Below are positions 38,930 through 52,428 of a stretch of DNA of 64,000 nt, piece after piece. The stretch lies in contig NC_057719.1 of NCBI RefSeq assembly GCF_004010195.1, forward strand, positions 40,934,969 through 40,998,968, read 5' to 3'. The notes beneath the pieces are model-generated. The model searched no databases and had not been told where the DNA came from. It worked only from the letters and a program-made list of their open reading frames with translations. The position numbers and the translations under genes were made by a program. Within the stretch, counting starts at the first letter, position 1; the number at the start of each line of letters is the position of its first letter. The stretch is from Chiloscyllium plagiosum. Taxonomy: Eukaryota.

Positions 38930-39075
38930 AATCACAATGCTGTGGATTTGAAATCTCATGTAGGCCAGACCGGGTGAGTATGGCAGATTTTCCTTCCCTA
39001 AAAGACATCAATGAACCACATGGGTTTTTGCAGCAATCAGCAATGATTTCATGGTCACCATTGCAGTAGCTTTTA
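38930..39075 (-). mobile_element. Fragment of a second tRNA-derived SINE family
   Basis: catgtaggccagacc...ggcagattttccttccctaaaagacat...tttcatggtcaccatt is shared with the 48590 and 51828 copies. Confidence 0.7.
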
Positions 39076-39957
39076 ATTTTGTCCGCACATCCTGATATCT
39101 GATTATTGTCTAAGACAAGTTCTTCTCTTATGCTGCTCTGATCTCCACTGACCATCTATACGTTTCTCTGTGGAAAGCTGACATCTTACTCTATGTTTGA
39201 AGATCAGACCATAAGACATAGGACCCGAACTGGGCCACTTGGCCCATTGGGTCTGCTCTGCCATTCGATCATGGCTGATTGGTTTTTCAAAACCATTCTC
39301 TTGCCTTCTCTCCGTAACCCTTGACCCCCTTACCAATAAAGAACCTGCCTATTTCTGACTTATATACACTCAATGACTTGGCCTCCACAGACCTCTGCAA
39401 CAATGAGTTCTACAGATTAACTGCCCTCTCTGACTGAAGAAAGTCTTCCTCATCTCAGTTCTAAATGCTTACTTCTTCATTCTGAGGTTGTGCCCTTGGG
39501 TCCTAGTCACTCCTACTAGAGGAAACATCTTCTCCATGTCCAGTCTATCCAGACCTCTCACCTTCTCTAGGTTTGAATCAGATCTCCTTTCATCCTTCTA
39601 CATCAATTACTGGCCCAGAGTCCCCAATCACTGACAAGCCTATCATCACTGGAATGATTCTTGTAAAGCTCCTCTGGGCTCCTGCCAACATCGGCGCATC
39701 CATCTTTAGACATGGGCCCAAAACTGCTCACAATATTCCAGGTGCAGTGTGACCACAGCTGTATACAAACTTAGCAGTACATTTCTGCTTTTGTATTCTC
39801 GCGCTCTTGAATTGAATGCTAACGTTACATTTGCCTTCCTAACCACCAACAGAACCTTCGTGTTAGTTTTAAGAGAATTCTGAATTAGGATTCCCAAGTC
39901 CCTTTTTGCGTCAGATTTCTGAAACTTCTCCCTGTTTAGAAAATAGTCTACACCTCT

Positions 39958-40283
39958 GGAATCATAAAATCCCTATCATGTGGAAGGAGGCCATGTGGCC
40001 CATTAAGCCCACACTACTCTTACAAATGGCATCCCACCCAGACTTACCCCATCCCTACATTTCCCATGGATAATCCACTTAATCCACATATCCCTAGTCA
40101 TTAAGGGCAATTTAGCATGACCAATCCACCTAACTTGCATACCTTTGGACTGTGGGAGGAAACCCACACAGATACAGGAAGAATGTGGAAAGTCCACATG
40201 GATAGTTGCCCAAGGCTGGAATCGAACCCCGGTTCATTATACTGTGAGACAGCAGTGCTAATCACTGAGCCACCTTGCCACCC
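39958..40283 (-). mobile_element. HE1-like V-SINE nested in CR1
   Basis: Same head, B box and V-domain as the 22027 and 54968 copies. Confidence 0.85.
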
Positions 40284-41150
40284 AGCTATTCTTCTGACAG
40301 AAGTGCATAACGTCATACTTTCCCGCATTGTGTTCCACCTGCCACTTCTTTGCGCTCTCTTAGCCTGTCCAAATCCTTCTGCAACCTCCCCACTTCCTTA
40401 ACATTGCCTGTACCTCCACCTATCTTTGCGTCATCTTAGCAACAACACCCTCAGTTCCTTCGTCCAGATCATTAATGTGTGATGTGAATAGTTGTCGTTC
40501 CAATACAGACCCCTGACAAACTCCATTAACCGCTGGCATTCTGAAAAAGACCACTTTATGCCTAATCTCTGCCTTCTGCCAGTCAGCCAATCCTTTATCC
40601 ATGCCAGTACCCTTGTCCTTAACGCCATGGGCTGTTAACACATTTAGCAATCTCTTGTGTGGCACCTTGTCATATGCCTTTTGGAAAAAATGCCTTCACC
40701 CCATCATTAGCTCAAGGAATTCTAAAATATCTGTCAGGCATGACCTCCCCTTGACAAAGGCATGCTGCCTCAAACATGTTTTATCATGCACTTTCAAGTA
40801 GTCTTCAATGTCATTCTTCATAATTGATTCCAAAATCTTATCAATTGACTGAGGTCAGGTTAACCAGCCCATAGTTTCCTGTCATCTGCCTCCCTCCCTT
40901 TTCAAACAACAGTGTTACATTAGTCATTTTCGAGTCCTCTGGGAACCTCCCTGACTCCAGTGCTTTCTGAAGGATCACCAACAATGCCTCAACAATTTCT
41001 TCAGCTATCTCCTTCAGAATCTGTTCTGGGTGATTTATCCACCTCCAGACCTTGCAGCTTCTTCAGCACCTTCTCCTTAGTCATGGCACTGCACTCACCT
41101 CTGCTCCCTGACTCTGTTGAAGTTCTGGGATGCTGCTAGTGTTTTCCACA

Positions 41151-41774
41151 TGTTATGGACCAGGCCAAACTCCTCAAAACATTTCAAGAAGGTAGCCCAG
41201 ACCCTAACTTTGCTAGTTGTTTTAAACAGGTGTAAAGTGGATAATCCAGGAGAGAATCAACTGGTCAAACCACTTAGTTTTAAACAAGACAGGATTTACC
41301 TACAAGATTACTGATGTAACCCAAACAACAGAATACCGAATACTGAATAACTTAACCTCTCCAAAAACCCAACAGATCATCCCAACTTAATGATGCTGTT
41401 CCAAATCTCCATAAATACCCCCTGGCAAAAGGTAAAATCAGACACAGGTTCTTACAGGAAAGAAGTCAGAGAGAGAGAGAGAGCACCAGGCTGGACCTGC
41501 TTCTTTGGGTCCAGCAACTTTTTCCACCCTACTCTGAAAAACCAAACCAAACCAGAGAAAATCTGAGCTGGGAGGACTGGCCACCCCCGTTTCATTGTAC
41601 AAGTGTTTTTATTTAAAACTTGAAGCCTTCTGCCTGAGGCAGTATTTGTTAGTTGTTATCAAATTGGCCCAAAAACCTTCAACAGCAGACTTTTCAGAAT
41701 CTGTGTCGTTTATGATATCTCTGAAAAAAGAGCCAAGGACTGCATAACCTTGTTAAAGGAGCAGCTTCGTCACA
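41151..41774 (-). mobile_element. Solo LTR (624 bp), probably Gypsy-type
   Basis: TG...CA termini (tgttat...gtcaca) cleanly interrupt CR1 coding sequence; flanks caca/cact form an imperfect 4-bp TSD. Strand inferred from the shared ATAACA end. Confidence 0.72.
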
Positions 41775-44399
41775 CACTGTAAAAACTGATGCAAAGTACC
41801 TCTTCAGTTCCTTTCCCATTTCTATGTTCCCCATTACTACTTCTCTAACCTCATTTTCCAGTGGTCCAATATAAACTTTTGCCCCTCCCTTACTTTTTAG
41901 ATGTCTAATAATACCCTTGTAATCTTCCTTCATATTATCAGGTAGCTTACTCTCATATTTCATCTTTGGTTATCCTCTGCTGATTTTTAAAGGCTTCCTA
42001 ATCCTCTGGCTTCCAACTAATCTTCACCACATTATATACTTTTCTTTTACTTTTATGCTGTCCCTGACTACCCTCGTTAGCTATGGTTGCCTCATTCCCT
42101 GCGTGACCCCCCCACTCCCATGTGTTTATTCTTCCTTGAGATGAATTTCTGCTCTGCTTTCTGAATTGCCCTCAGAAACTCTTCCCTTTGCTGCTCTTCC
42201 TTGCTGCCAATCAACTCTGGCCAACTCCTCACTGACGTTGGAGTAATTACCTTTACTCAATTCTAATACTGTTACATCTGATCCTAGCCTCTCCCTCTCA
42301 AACTGTAAGGTGAATTCTATTTTCTGAACCCTTTCAAGTTTCACAACATCTTTCCTGCAGGAGGGGGACCAGAATTGCACACAATATTCCAAAAGTGGCC
42401 TACACTATAGCTTATTTACCATGTTTCACATAATGTCTGAATTTAAGTACACCATCTTCAGTACTGCAATGACTACATCCCCCTTTTCATAGTTTTCCCT
42501 TATCTGCTGTGCCTGAAGTTAGATTCCTGACCCTTTCCAAAGTGTCTGTCCTATCACTTGTTCTGGAATAAGTTCTCTGTTAAACCCTCCCCTGCTTTCA
42601 TTTTTTCATCATTTCCCTGAATGCACCCACCCCACTATTTAGTTTAATGCCTTATTCCCAGTCCTAGTTATGTGATTCACCAGGACTCTGGTCCCAGCAT
42701 GACTTGGATGGAGCCCGTCCTTTCAGAACAGCTCTCTCCTTCCTCAGTACTCGTGCCAATGTCCCTTAAATTCAAAATGTTTCTCCCAGGAACCATGCAT
42801 TTACCCCTTTAATCTTCTTGATTCTGTGCCAGTTTGCTTGTGGGTTAGGAAGTAATCTGGAGATTATTACCTTTTTGGTTCTGCTTTTTAATTTAGCCCC
42901 TAGCTGCTCATATTCCCTCGTAGAACATGCTGTGTTAACCTGAGGCAGTTGTGGCACCATCCATCCTTACTTTCTTAATCCTAATTTCAAAGTCCACAAA
43001 TTAGCCTCTCGCCACAAGTGTGCTCAGTATATCCTTTCGTAGTGAAGTAAAAAAATGAGTTGCAAACATTAAACATTTATTGATGTCTGCATTTCTGACT
43101 TAATTAACCCGTAAATTGCCATATCATTTCCTTGCCTTCTTTTTGATGGCAAGTTGCAGGAGGCTCAGGAAACCGTGTGTGAAAGTGTTAAATTTAAATG
43201 TCAGTCAAAATTTTATCATGGAAATATTATAAGTGACAACCTACCTTCCTGTAGGGCTCATGCACAAGCATTGGAACACACCTTAGAAAAATACATCTCG
43301 GAGCTGTCCTCTGAATGTGGTGTAATTTTTTTTCTTGGCTTTGGAAATTCTCATGAACCTAACCCCTGCACCCTTTACTATTTAGGTCTTTTTAAAAATT
43401 TTTCCTCAAGATTACTTACATTTGTGGCAGCCAATTCTGATCTGTGCAGATATGGGAGACCAGTAGAGTGTAGAATTAAAGCTCAGTTGGGGTGATTGCC
43501 ACAAAAATATTGATGTTTTAAGTTATTTGTACTGTGTTGCCATGTTTTAGGTCTAATTTGAATGATTTCATTTGTCCAGTCAAAGAAACTATCTTGTTCG
43601 CTTGGTGTCTTGAAGATGAGCTAGTTTCAACTGAAAATGGGTAATCAGATGGCTAGCAAAGAGCTGTGACAAACTGTTCTCTGATTTACTGGGCTTTTTT
43701 TCTGAGGCTGTTGGGTGATTGTGTAAATTAAGACAATATCATTTTAAACTCAGTAGCAAAGGGTCAATCTCGAGTGATGAGAAGCCAGTGGAGTGTGAAA
43801 TGCCAGAAGAGTGTAGTTTAGCTTCAGTGAGAGTTCAGCTTTAAGGTTGGATGGGGTTCAACCTCATTTTATGATGTCATTGGGATCTGACTGGAATTTT
43901 AACTAGGTGCCCCGAGCAGCAAGTGCACTGAACACTTGCCAGAGTGAATCAGGGGGAAATGCTGATAAGAAAGGGCCAAAAAATATACAGTTTTAAAATG
44001 GTTCCTTGTGGAGCCAGAATAGAACAGACACAGCAGAATCTCCTCCACCACCAGCTTGTGTCGTCCCAACCCGATTAACCTCCCCTGTTCCAGTAGCGTT
44101 ACTCTTTGTCAGACAACCCAGTAGCTCACCTTCCTGCTTCTCTGCAGTCGGTGAGGGTGCTCTGAACCTTGCAGTTACCCCAGCGACTTCTGCATCAGAG
44201 TGGATGGAAATCAGATGGGGCTATTTAACCAAGCTCCAATCAACCCAGTCTCATTCTGGACAGGGCAGATGGGGAATTAACTCACTAAACACACAAAACA
44301 TTCAGAGTAAAATAAGAGAGCAGCATTAATACCTGTGGAATAATACACAATTATTGTGGAATGAATAGCTGATTTTATTGCTGCTGAGACAAACGGAGT

Positions 44400-44648
44400 T
44401 AAAATTGTCGCTAAAGGACAAAGGATTGTTGGAGGATGGAATGTTTTCCCACAGCAGTTGGTTGAGGCAGAGATCATTGCATCATTTAAAAGCACAGTTG
44501 GATAGATTTTTGAAGAGAATGAAATTTATTGGGGCGTGATATGGGGAATGTAGAGTTCAGGTTAAAATCAGATCAGCCGTGACCATATTGAATGGTGGTG
44601 CAGACTCGAAGGGTCGGGTCTCTACTCTTATTTCTTGTTCATATGTTT
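44400..44648 (+). mobile_element. CR1 3' end fragment
   Basis: caaaggattgttggaggatggaat...gatcagccgtgaccatattgaatggtgg...tcttgttcatatgtt. Confidence 0.75.
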
Positions 44649-45587
44649 GCATTGTAAGCACGGGAAGGTATAGGACCTTAAGCAGAGTATGGGGGAGTGG
44701 GACTGAATATGGATTTTTCTAGGAATGTTTCAGTATAGAAATGAAGTGCTCAATGATCCTCAACTGTGCTATAAAATTTCATGGTACTAACTCTGCACAA
44801 GATAATTCTTCAAGGCCGGTATACATGTTCATCAGCCACCATTCTGGGGCTGTTGTTCAGGTTGTTTCGAATGCATCAGCATTTAAAGAAGAAAGTCATG
44901 CATTTAAGTAGTAGACACATCAGCCAATGTACTTGTAACCAATTAAATACTTTTTCGAAGTAGGAATCATAACAGTCAATTTAGACATCGAGGTCTGACA
45001 AACAATACTGTGGGAATGACCAGTCAACCACATTTTAGTGATGTTGATTAAGGATAATATTGCCCAAGACTTTCTGCATCTTGACATTATGTCCACAGGC
45101 CAATTCTTCTAAGCCCATCAAAATTAATGTCATAGAATAATTCCTATGAGGCCACCCACATTTTGAGGGCGTTTTTATTTACCCCAGCTATTTCCTTTTA
45201 CTGACTACATTCATCAGCATTGCTTCCTTAGGGACTGGCTGTATCCATTCCCTGACTGATGTTTGCATGACCTCCAGTTTACAAAGAAAATTACTTTTTA
45301 AGAAAGTGTGGCTCTGCCAGGAAAAGCGAAATTGCTAATATAAAAACATTCCAAAAGGTGGGAACTGGAATGGAGGAAATATCCTGATGAATGAAAGAGA
45401 TATACGTAAATGACCGAGAGCAAACGAAATGCCAAAGACTGAATGACTGGAGGAATCTTACATTGTCTTTAAAAGAAATCAGAGAAGATAGAAACAAGAA
45501 AAATCTTTGAAATGTATTCTGACTGACTGAATTAATTACTGAAATGAATAATATTTTAACCATATTCATAACCCACCAAATTACACA

Positions 45588-45758
45588 TCCAAAGATGTGC
45601 AAGTCGGGTGAATTGGCCATGCTAAATTGCCCAAGTGTCAGGGGTGAATATAGGGTAGGGGAATGGGTCTGGGTGGGTTACTCTTTGGAGGGTTGGTCTG
45701 GATTTGTTGGGCCAAAGGGCCTGTTTCCATACTGTAGGGAATCTAATCTAATCTAATC
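45588..45758 (+). mobile_element. HE1-like SINE, 5'-truncated
   Basis: tccaaagatgtgc...ggccatgctaaattgccc...gggccaaagggcctgtttcc, then a (TCTAA)n tail. Confidence 0.85.
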
Positions 45759-46018
45759 AACAGTGGTTAACACTTCAATGTACCACTACACAATGCTTCC
45801 AAGAAGTGACCTGTATAGCAGCAGTCACTTGATTTCAAAATAATTTATTCTATGAAATACTTTGGAATATTTCATTTACTTCCTATAAAAACAATTACAA
45901 ATATTTATGACTAATTTTAATATACTTTAATTTAGTTCCATCTATTTTGTAAGCTTTGTCCTAAACATCAACAATGTATTGCTCAAAGTAGTCCATGAGT
46001 CAGACAGACAGTAGAATT

Positions 46019-48557
46019 TGTGAGGTAGGATGTGTGACTTACTTATATTTAATATCATTTATTTTAGCATTTGGATTTGGGCTAGGGCATCTGAGATTTG
46101 ATGTGCGTGTCTGAATGGGTTTAATAATTAACTTGTAAATATTTCTGTGGCCATGGTCATTTCTTATAAAAAAAAGTCTGAGGGAGATAGTTCTTGGACG
46201 CTAATGAGCTTTTGTTTACTTTGGAAGACCTTTTTTTTACAAATTAACAAAGTAAGTGGTCGTGAATGAGGCTTTCAATTTGAAAAGTCAGAGATTGATT
46301 TACTCTTCTTTTGATTGGGAAAACAACCACAACTTGAAGAAAAGCTTTTGGGTTTCAGTTTTGGCAGGTTTGCAGAACCTGATGCTGGCTGTGTAGGACA
46401 ATTGCTCCTGATGAAAGGAGGTGGTTCAGAACTATAAAGAAATAGATTATCTCAGTGAAAGCAGTTTAATATGATAGCTCTAGACCAGAAGAATATGGTT
46501 CAAATCTTGAAAGGTTTATTTGAACCTGAAAAAGTCCAAACTCAGATATTATGACGAATCAAAGATGAGGCAATCAGATTTTCAACACTGGGAAATGAAG
46601 TCAGTTAAACTATAAATAATTGAAATAACAAACAGTTAAATGAAGACAGTTAAATTAATCTGTACAGATGTGATAAAGAAAGGAATTCTCTCTGGTGCAA
46701 ACCACGTTCCCTTTAAATGTTCCTGCTGCTACATGAACCTCAGAGGTTTGTGTGCTATTCCAGAATAGGAATTCAATACGTCAGCATCTTGATCTTGTGC
46801 ATGGACTCTCTAAATGGCTGCATGGTCATAGATTGTACAGCTTAGAGGGAATGTCAGGACTTTAAAGGAGTGTTTTTGGACTCAATGGAATGGTAGTTTA
46901 TAGTGTATTTCAAAATCTTTATACTTGTGTTTTACGTATATTTGTTCATTCCATTTGTTTCATTTCTTTTGGTTAATAAACTTCTGTTTTATTGTCAAAA
47001 CCAAATTTGCAACATTGCACATTTATGTTTCAGTGCAACACCACCTCATTAAAACCAAAAGAATACAAAATATGTTCTGTCAAGTCTGAGATCTGACTTA
47101 AAGAACAAAGAAATTTACAGCCCAGGAACAGGCCTTTCGGCCCTCCAAGCCTGTGCCAATCCAAATCCACTGTCTAAACGTATCACCCAGTTCCTAAGGA
47201 TTTGTATCTCTCTGCCGCCCACCTACTCATACATCTTGTCCAGTCACACCTTAAATTAATCTACCATGCCTGCCTCTACTACCTCTGCTGGCAACGCCTT
47301 CAAGGCACCTACCACCCTCTGAGTAAAGTACTTGCTGCGTGTGTCCTCCTTAAACGTTTCTCCTCTCACCTTGAATGTGTGACCTCTCATGATTGAATCT
47401 CTCACCCTGGGAAAAAGCTTATCTCTATCCAGCTTGTCTATTCCCTTCATGATTTTGTAAACATCAATCAGGTCCCTCCTCAATCTCCTTTTTTCTAATG
47501 AAAACAATCCTAACCTACTCAACCTCTCTTCATGGCTAGCACCTTCCATACCAGACAACATCCTCGTAAACCTTCTCTGCACCCTCTCCAAAGCATCCAC
47601 ATCCTTTTGGTAGTGTGGTGACCAGAACTGTACACAGTATTCTAAATGCGGCTGAACCAAAGTCTTGTACAATTTTAACATAACCTGCCAGCTCTTATAC
47701 TCAATACACCGTCCGATGAAGGCAAGAATGCCATATGCCTTCTTGACCACTCTAGCCACCTGTGCAGCCACTATCAGATGGACCTGTACTCCTAGATCTC
47801 TCTGCTCATCAATTTTTCCCAAGGCTCTTCCATTTACAGTATAGTTTGCTCTAGAATTAGACCTTTCAAAATGCATCACCTCACATTTGCCTGGATTGAA
47901 CTCCATCTGCCACTTCTCCGCCCAACTCTCCAGTCTATCTATATCCTCTTGTATTCTTTGACAGTCCCCTATGCTTTCTGCTACTCATCTGCAAACTTAC
48001 TGATCAGACCACCAATGACCTTTTCCAGATCATTGATGTATATCACAAACAACAGTGGCCCCAGCACTGACCCCTGTGGAACACCACTGGTCACCTTTCT
48101 CCACTTCCAGAAACCCCCTTCAGCTACTACTCTTTGTCACCTGTTGCGCAACCAGTTCTTTATCCACCTAGCTAGAACCTCCTGCACACTATGTGACTTC
48201 ACTTCCTTCATTAGTTTACCATGGGGAACTTTATCAAATGCCTTAGTAAAGTCCATGTATATGACATCTATAGCTCTTCCTTCATCCATCAACTTAGTCA
48301 CTTCCTCAAATAACTCTATTAAGTTGGTATGGCACAATCTCTCCTGCACAAAACCATGTTGCCTATCACTGATAAACCCATTGTCTTCCAAATATAAATA
48401 GATCCTATCCCTCAGTACCTTCATCAGCAACTTTCCCAGGCTCACTGGTCTGTACTTACCTGGAATATCCCTACTACCTTCTTGAACAGGGGACAACATT
48501 AGCAACCCTCTAGTCCTCAGGCACTTTCCTGTGTTTAAGAATGCGAGGATTATAACA
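46019..48557 (+). mobile_element. Solo LTR (about 1.1 kb) split by a CR1 insertion near its 3' end
   Basis: TG at 46019 and ...ATAACA at 48557; perfect 4-bp TSD aatt at 46015-46018 and 48558-48561; AATAAA at 46975. Confidence 0.62.
47100..48540 (-). mobile_element. Relatively young CR1 LINE 3' part
   Basis: ORFs 48137-48505 (YRPVSL, MDFTKAFDKVPH) and 47256-47906 (216 aa open: HLEYCVQFWSP, RLGLFSLE); tail aaagaacaaagaa on +. Confidence 0.93.
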
Positions 48558-48589
48558 AATTCATATATTGGAAATACTGTTAAAATCTT

Positions 48590-48920
48590 TTATTCCTTCC
48601 CTGGATGGGGGTATCAGTATGGAGGTCAGCATTTATTGTTCATCCCTAATTTCCAGAGGGCAATTAACCATCAACCACATCTGGAGTCACATGTAGGCCT
48701 GACCAGGTAAGGCTGGCAGTTACTTTCCCTTAAGGACATTAATGAACCAGATGGGTTTTACATGACAATTGATAATGGTTTCACAGTCATTATTAGACCC
48801 TGAATTCCATTTTTTAAATTGAATTCAAATTCCACAAAATCTGCCATAACGGGATTCAAATTCAGATTCCCAGAACATTACCTGGTATCTGGATGAATAG
48901 TTTCATGATCATTCTACTGC
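48590..48920 (-). mobile_element. Second tRNA-derived SINE family, near full length
   Basis: Degenerate tRNA-like head at the 48920 end, shared core, and a tail similar to the LINE end at 29017-29070. Confidence 0.7.
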
Positions 48921-49454
48921 CTCTCCAATTCAAGCTGCATTTGAAATCAGCAGTGCATGTTAGTCTAACTCCCCCCAGTACTAGACTTAGAATAACCTTC
49001 CAAAATGAATACTTCCAGCATTTAACTACCAAACTAAAGTATCAGCTGAAATACACAAAAGGTGACAATGCTAATTATAATCTTTGTCACTTCTTTGAGA
49101 TTTATTCTTCAAGTGATAATATGGATTATACTGAAATACAAGGCAACATCTTGTACTTTTGGCTAAGTATCAGCTTTGTTGAGTTTCATGGAGGGTTGTC
49201 TGTACAAGGTCCAATAACTTATCTCACTTTATCTTATCAAACCCACTTCATTAACTACCTACCTGGTCCTAATGGTTCCTTAGGCCTGATTCTAGCACCA
49301 TCCCACCAATTGATTTTCTCAGCACAACTTCCATCTCACTGCCATCCTTGGAGTCTGCTCTGGGAAAAGCTGCTGTGCACTAGTATTCTGAAAATGCCCT
49401 GCTCATTGAAGGACTGTCTTTCTGAAGGTGTCTGAGAAGGAGAAAATAATCACG

Positions 49455-49565
49455 TGATTCTCCAACAGGGACCTGAAGAAGATACTGGTGGACATGGTAG
49501 TCCAGAGTAGAGATCTTCTTCCTGTAGGAATGGCAGAGGAGGCCATGCCACCAGACTCTGGCAAT
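49455..49565 (+). pseudogene. Myb/SANT-like (Harbinger-associated) ORF relic
   Basis: FSNRDLKKILVDMVVQSRDLL from 49458 aligns with the 13395-13590 relic. Confidence 0.45.
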
Positions 49566-51827
49566 ATTTCCGCATGAATGTAAAATGAAACAGCTTCACT
49601 TTTGATATTACTGTCCCCCATAGTAAGTTCATCCCTTGTAACTTATGGGGCAAAGCAGATAATGAAAGGGTGGCTCTTTAGCAATTTTGGAAACAGAAGA
49701 AAACATACAGGATGCCTGTAATAAACTTTTTTTTGTACGCTGCTGTACAATATATAAAAATGTCAAGGAAAACCATTTTCAATCAAAAATAACTTTTTCA
49801 CTGTTGAAGTGTGTAAGGCTAAATTAAAGACCTTATTGTAACTATTCATTTTTGGATTGTTTTGGCTGGAGAAATAAGTCTAGGAAGATGGAGCTGGTAC
49901 TTAAGTAAACAAGGTATAAGATCAAAGAATTCCACAAAGTGGCTCCATACTCATTAATCGAGCACTTGCAGAGTAGCTGTTTCTTCTAGAAACTGGAGGT
50001 CACAAAGGAAGGAGGCAATGATTACACTTCCATCCTGCTGCTATAATTAAGGGTGAGAGGTAACTGAAAGGAACCAGTTATGTATGGCCTTCTAATAAAC
50101 TTCTAGGATTAATTATAAAGGAGGAAATGACTGAGGTCTGATAATGATTAAAGCTAGTTCTAAAATAAACATGAAGAGCAACATCCTTTTTAAAATTTTG
50201 TGCCAACAAAACTGGCATTAGAGAGGAGGAAGGTATTTCTTACTGAGTGCTTATGCCTAAAGGTTACCAGTTATTGCCTTCATCCTCCCAAATAGGATTT
50301 ATTTGTAAAAAATGACCAGAGGCAAAATGGTTTCACTTGCATTATCAGCTTGAGTTTCATTGATGTGTATCAAGCGAACCTAGGCGAATTTTATAACAGA
50401 CCACCTATTCTTAATTTCAGCAGAGTTAATAGAAAATTTAGGGAACCAAAGAGGTGGCATTATAAAATTTGCTGGAGGCAGTTTATGCCTCTTAAAATAT
50501 TCAGCAAAAGCTGCTCATTTCTTCTGGGCTTGATTGCAAAGAGCACGCTGTGGCTTTATGTTTAGCAACCCCATAAAACTTCCCCAAACCCAGCTACTAA
50601 ATCCCAGTAATTGAAACAAGCTGGCGTATAATGAGGCAAAATGCCAGGGAATGGATGAATTTTAAACTCCTACATTTATGCTCAAAGCCAGAGTATTACA
50701 ACACCCTTCGGGACATGAGCTGCAAATGTAAATGCACCAATAAAGGTGCGACAGGTTTGCCCCAGTGTCACCAACAGAAAGCCAGTTCCACAAGTGGCCT
50801 CCTCTTAAAGAGGCACTATTAAAATAATTTAAACATAATGTCTCATTAACTAAAGCAACTCATGGGGCTAGCCATAATAGATTGTGCTGTGGTTTGATTC
50901 TCTGGAGGTTATTTACCCTGCTGGAGTGCTGATATTTTAGACCCTGAAAATCTTCTGAGATGATCTGGATGGAATTGTGCAGCACCATGTTAGCTCGTTA
51001 TTAATGTAAGACACGATTTTGGCAAGGGGTTTAAGCATAATGTGAACAACCTCTCCAGAATGATTATGCTTCAGACTAGTAAATAAATTGTCTCCTAATG
51101 TGCATTAAAGAGTTTGTATGTGGTAGTGTGGCTGAGAATTCTAAGGTTCTGGATTTAAACTCCAGGTTATTTCCAGAAAGTCTGAAGTCAGGTCCCATTT
51201 CTGTTTTTGAGGTGTGTCATAATATTGTCTGACAAGTTGATTTTTTAAAAAAAGCATGTATGATAGTTTGCAGTTAATGACTTTTCCTGATAGTAACTAA
51301 CTATATTGGAGAAAAGAAATCATATAGATGAGGATTATAATCTCTACATAAAGCTGCATTCACTGTTCACTTACAAATCAGGATTGGTTTTCCAGATGTT
51401 TTTAAACAACCTGTTCTGTCACAGGTCTGGAGTGTGTGCAACTTGAACCCATGCCTTCTGAACCAGAGAAAGGGAGACTACACTGTGTTTAAAGAGGACT
51501 TTTGAGACGCAACGAGAGATATTCTGTGACACTTTGTCAAAACATCACTGATGCAGTGATTTTTTGGGGGGGGGAAATTCACTGTGGATCTTATTTTAAA
51601 GAATCCGCACTGTTCCATACTGTCTTATTGGAGGCCTTCTAAAAGCCACTATGAGGGAGTGACCAGTTGCCATGGGCTGTCACTAGTTGTTCCTTTAGGT
51701 TTGGAGAAGGATGTGAAGGCAGGAGGAGACCAGTAGAACAACACGGTATTTAATATTACTGATGAATAATTCAGAGGTCTGGAACAGTACTTCTGAGAAA
51801 TAAGTTTAATTCTCACCACTTATGTGT

Positions 51828-52270
51828 GTTTTATTCATCCATTGGATGTGGATATCACAGATTAGGCCAGCATTTATTTTCCTTCCATAGTTGCCCAGAG
51901 ACAGTCAAGAGTCAACCAAATTGCTGTGGGTCACATGTGTGCCAGATCACGCAAGGACAGGAGATAGGTGAAAGTGGGTACTGCAGATGCTGGAGATTAG
52001 AGTCAAGCCTAGAGTAGTGCTGGAAAAGCACAGCAGGTCAAGCAGCATCGGAAGAGCAGGAAAATTGACGTTTCAGGCCAAAGCCTTAATCAGGAATGAG
52101 GGAGACATCCTTCCCTAAAGGACAATAGTAGGGCAGATGGGTTTTTCCAACATTCAACAGTGGTTTCATGGTCATCATTAAACTCTTACTTCCAGATTAT
52201 TGTGAATTCAAATTCTACCATTTGCCTTGGTCAGATTTGGACCCAAGTTCCTAGAACATTACCTGGGTCA
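51828..52270 (-). mobile_element. Second SINE family copy, interrupted by a PLE fragment
   Basis: Same tail, core and head as 48590-48920. Confidence 0.7.
51967..52099 (-). mobile_element. Penelope-like family B single arm
   Basis: actgcagatgctggagatt...gctggaaaagcacagcaggtc...ttgacgtttcaggccaaagccttaatcaggaat. Ends just beyond a degenerate hammerhead core. Confidence 0.8.
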
Positions 52271-52428
52271 CAGTCTAGGAGCTTGGGTTTGAACCCGCAA
52301 GACATATAGTACAATTTGAATTCAATAACGAAAGAAAATCTGGAACAAACAGTCAAACGGAATCAGCATTCTCTACTTCTGTACTCTATTCTCAACACAG
52401 TAAAGTGAAACAATTGAAGACCTCCAAT

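Larger units (their letters stand above)
39207..42960 (-). mobile_element. Long degenerate CR1 LINE (ORF1 esterase remnant to 3' tail) with nested SINE and LTR
   Basis: Tail ccataagacatagg; LEYCEQFW, PHKRLL and YFASVFT; ORF1-like EYEQLGAKLKSRTKKVIISRLLP at 42772-42960. Insertions at 39958 and 41151. An out-of-order CR1 piece lies at about 42320-42405. Confidence 0.88.

Noticed and set aside
45385..45435. CTGATGA...CGAAA as another hammerhead
   Set aside because: No stem II pairing between the two boxes.
48893..49435. 180-aa ORF
   Set aside because: Starts inside a SINE, has no recognisable domain and no splice support.
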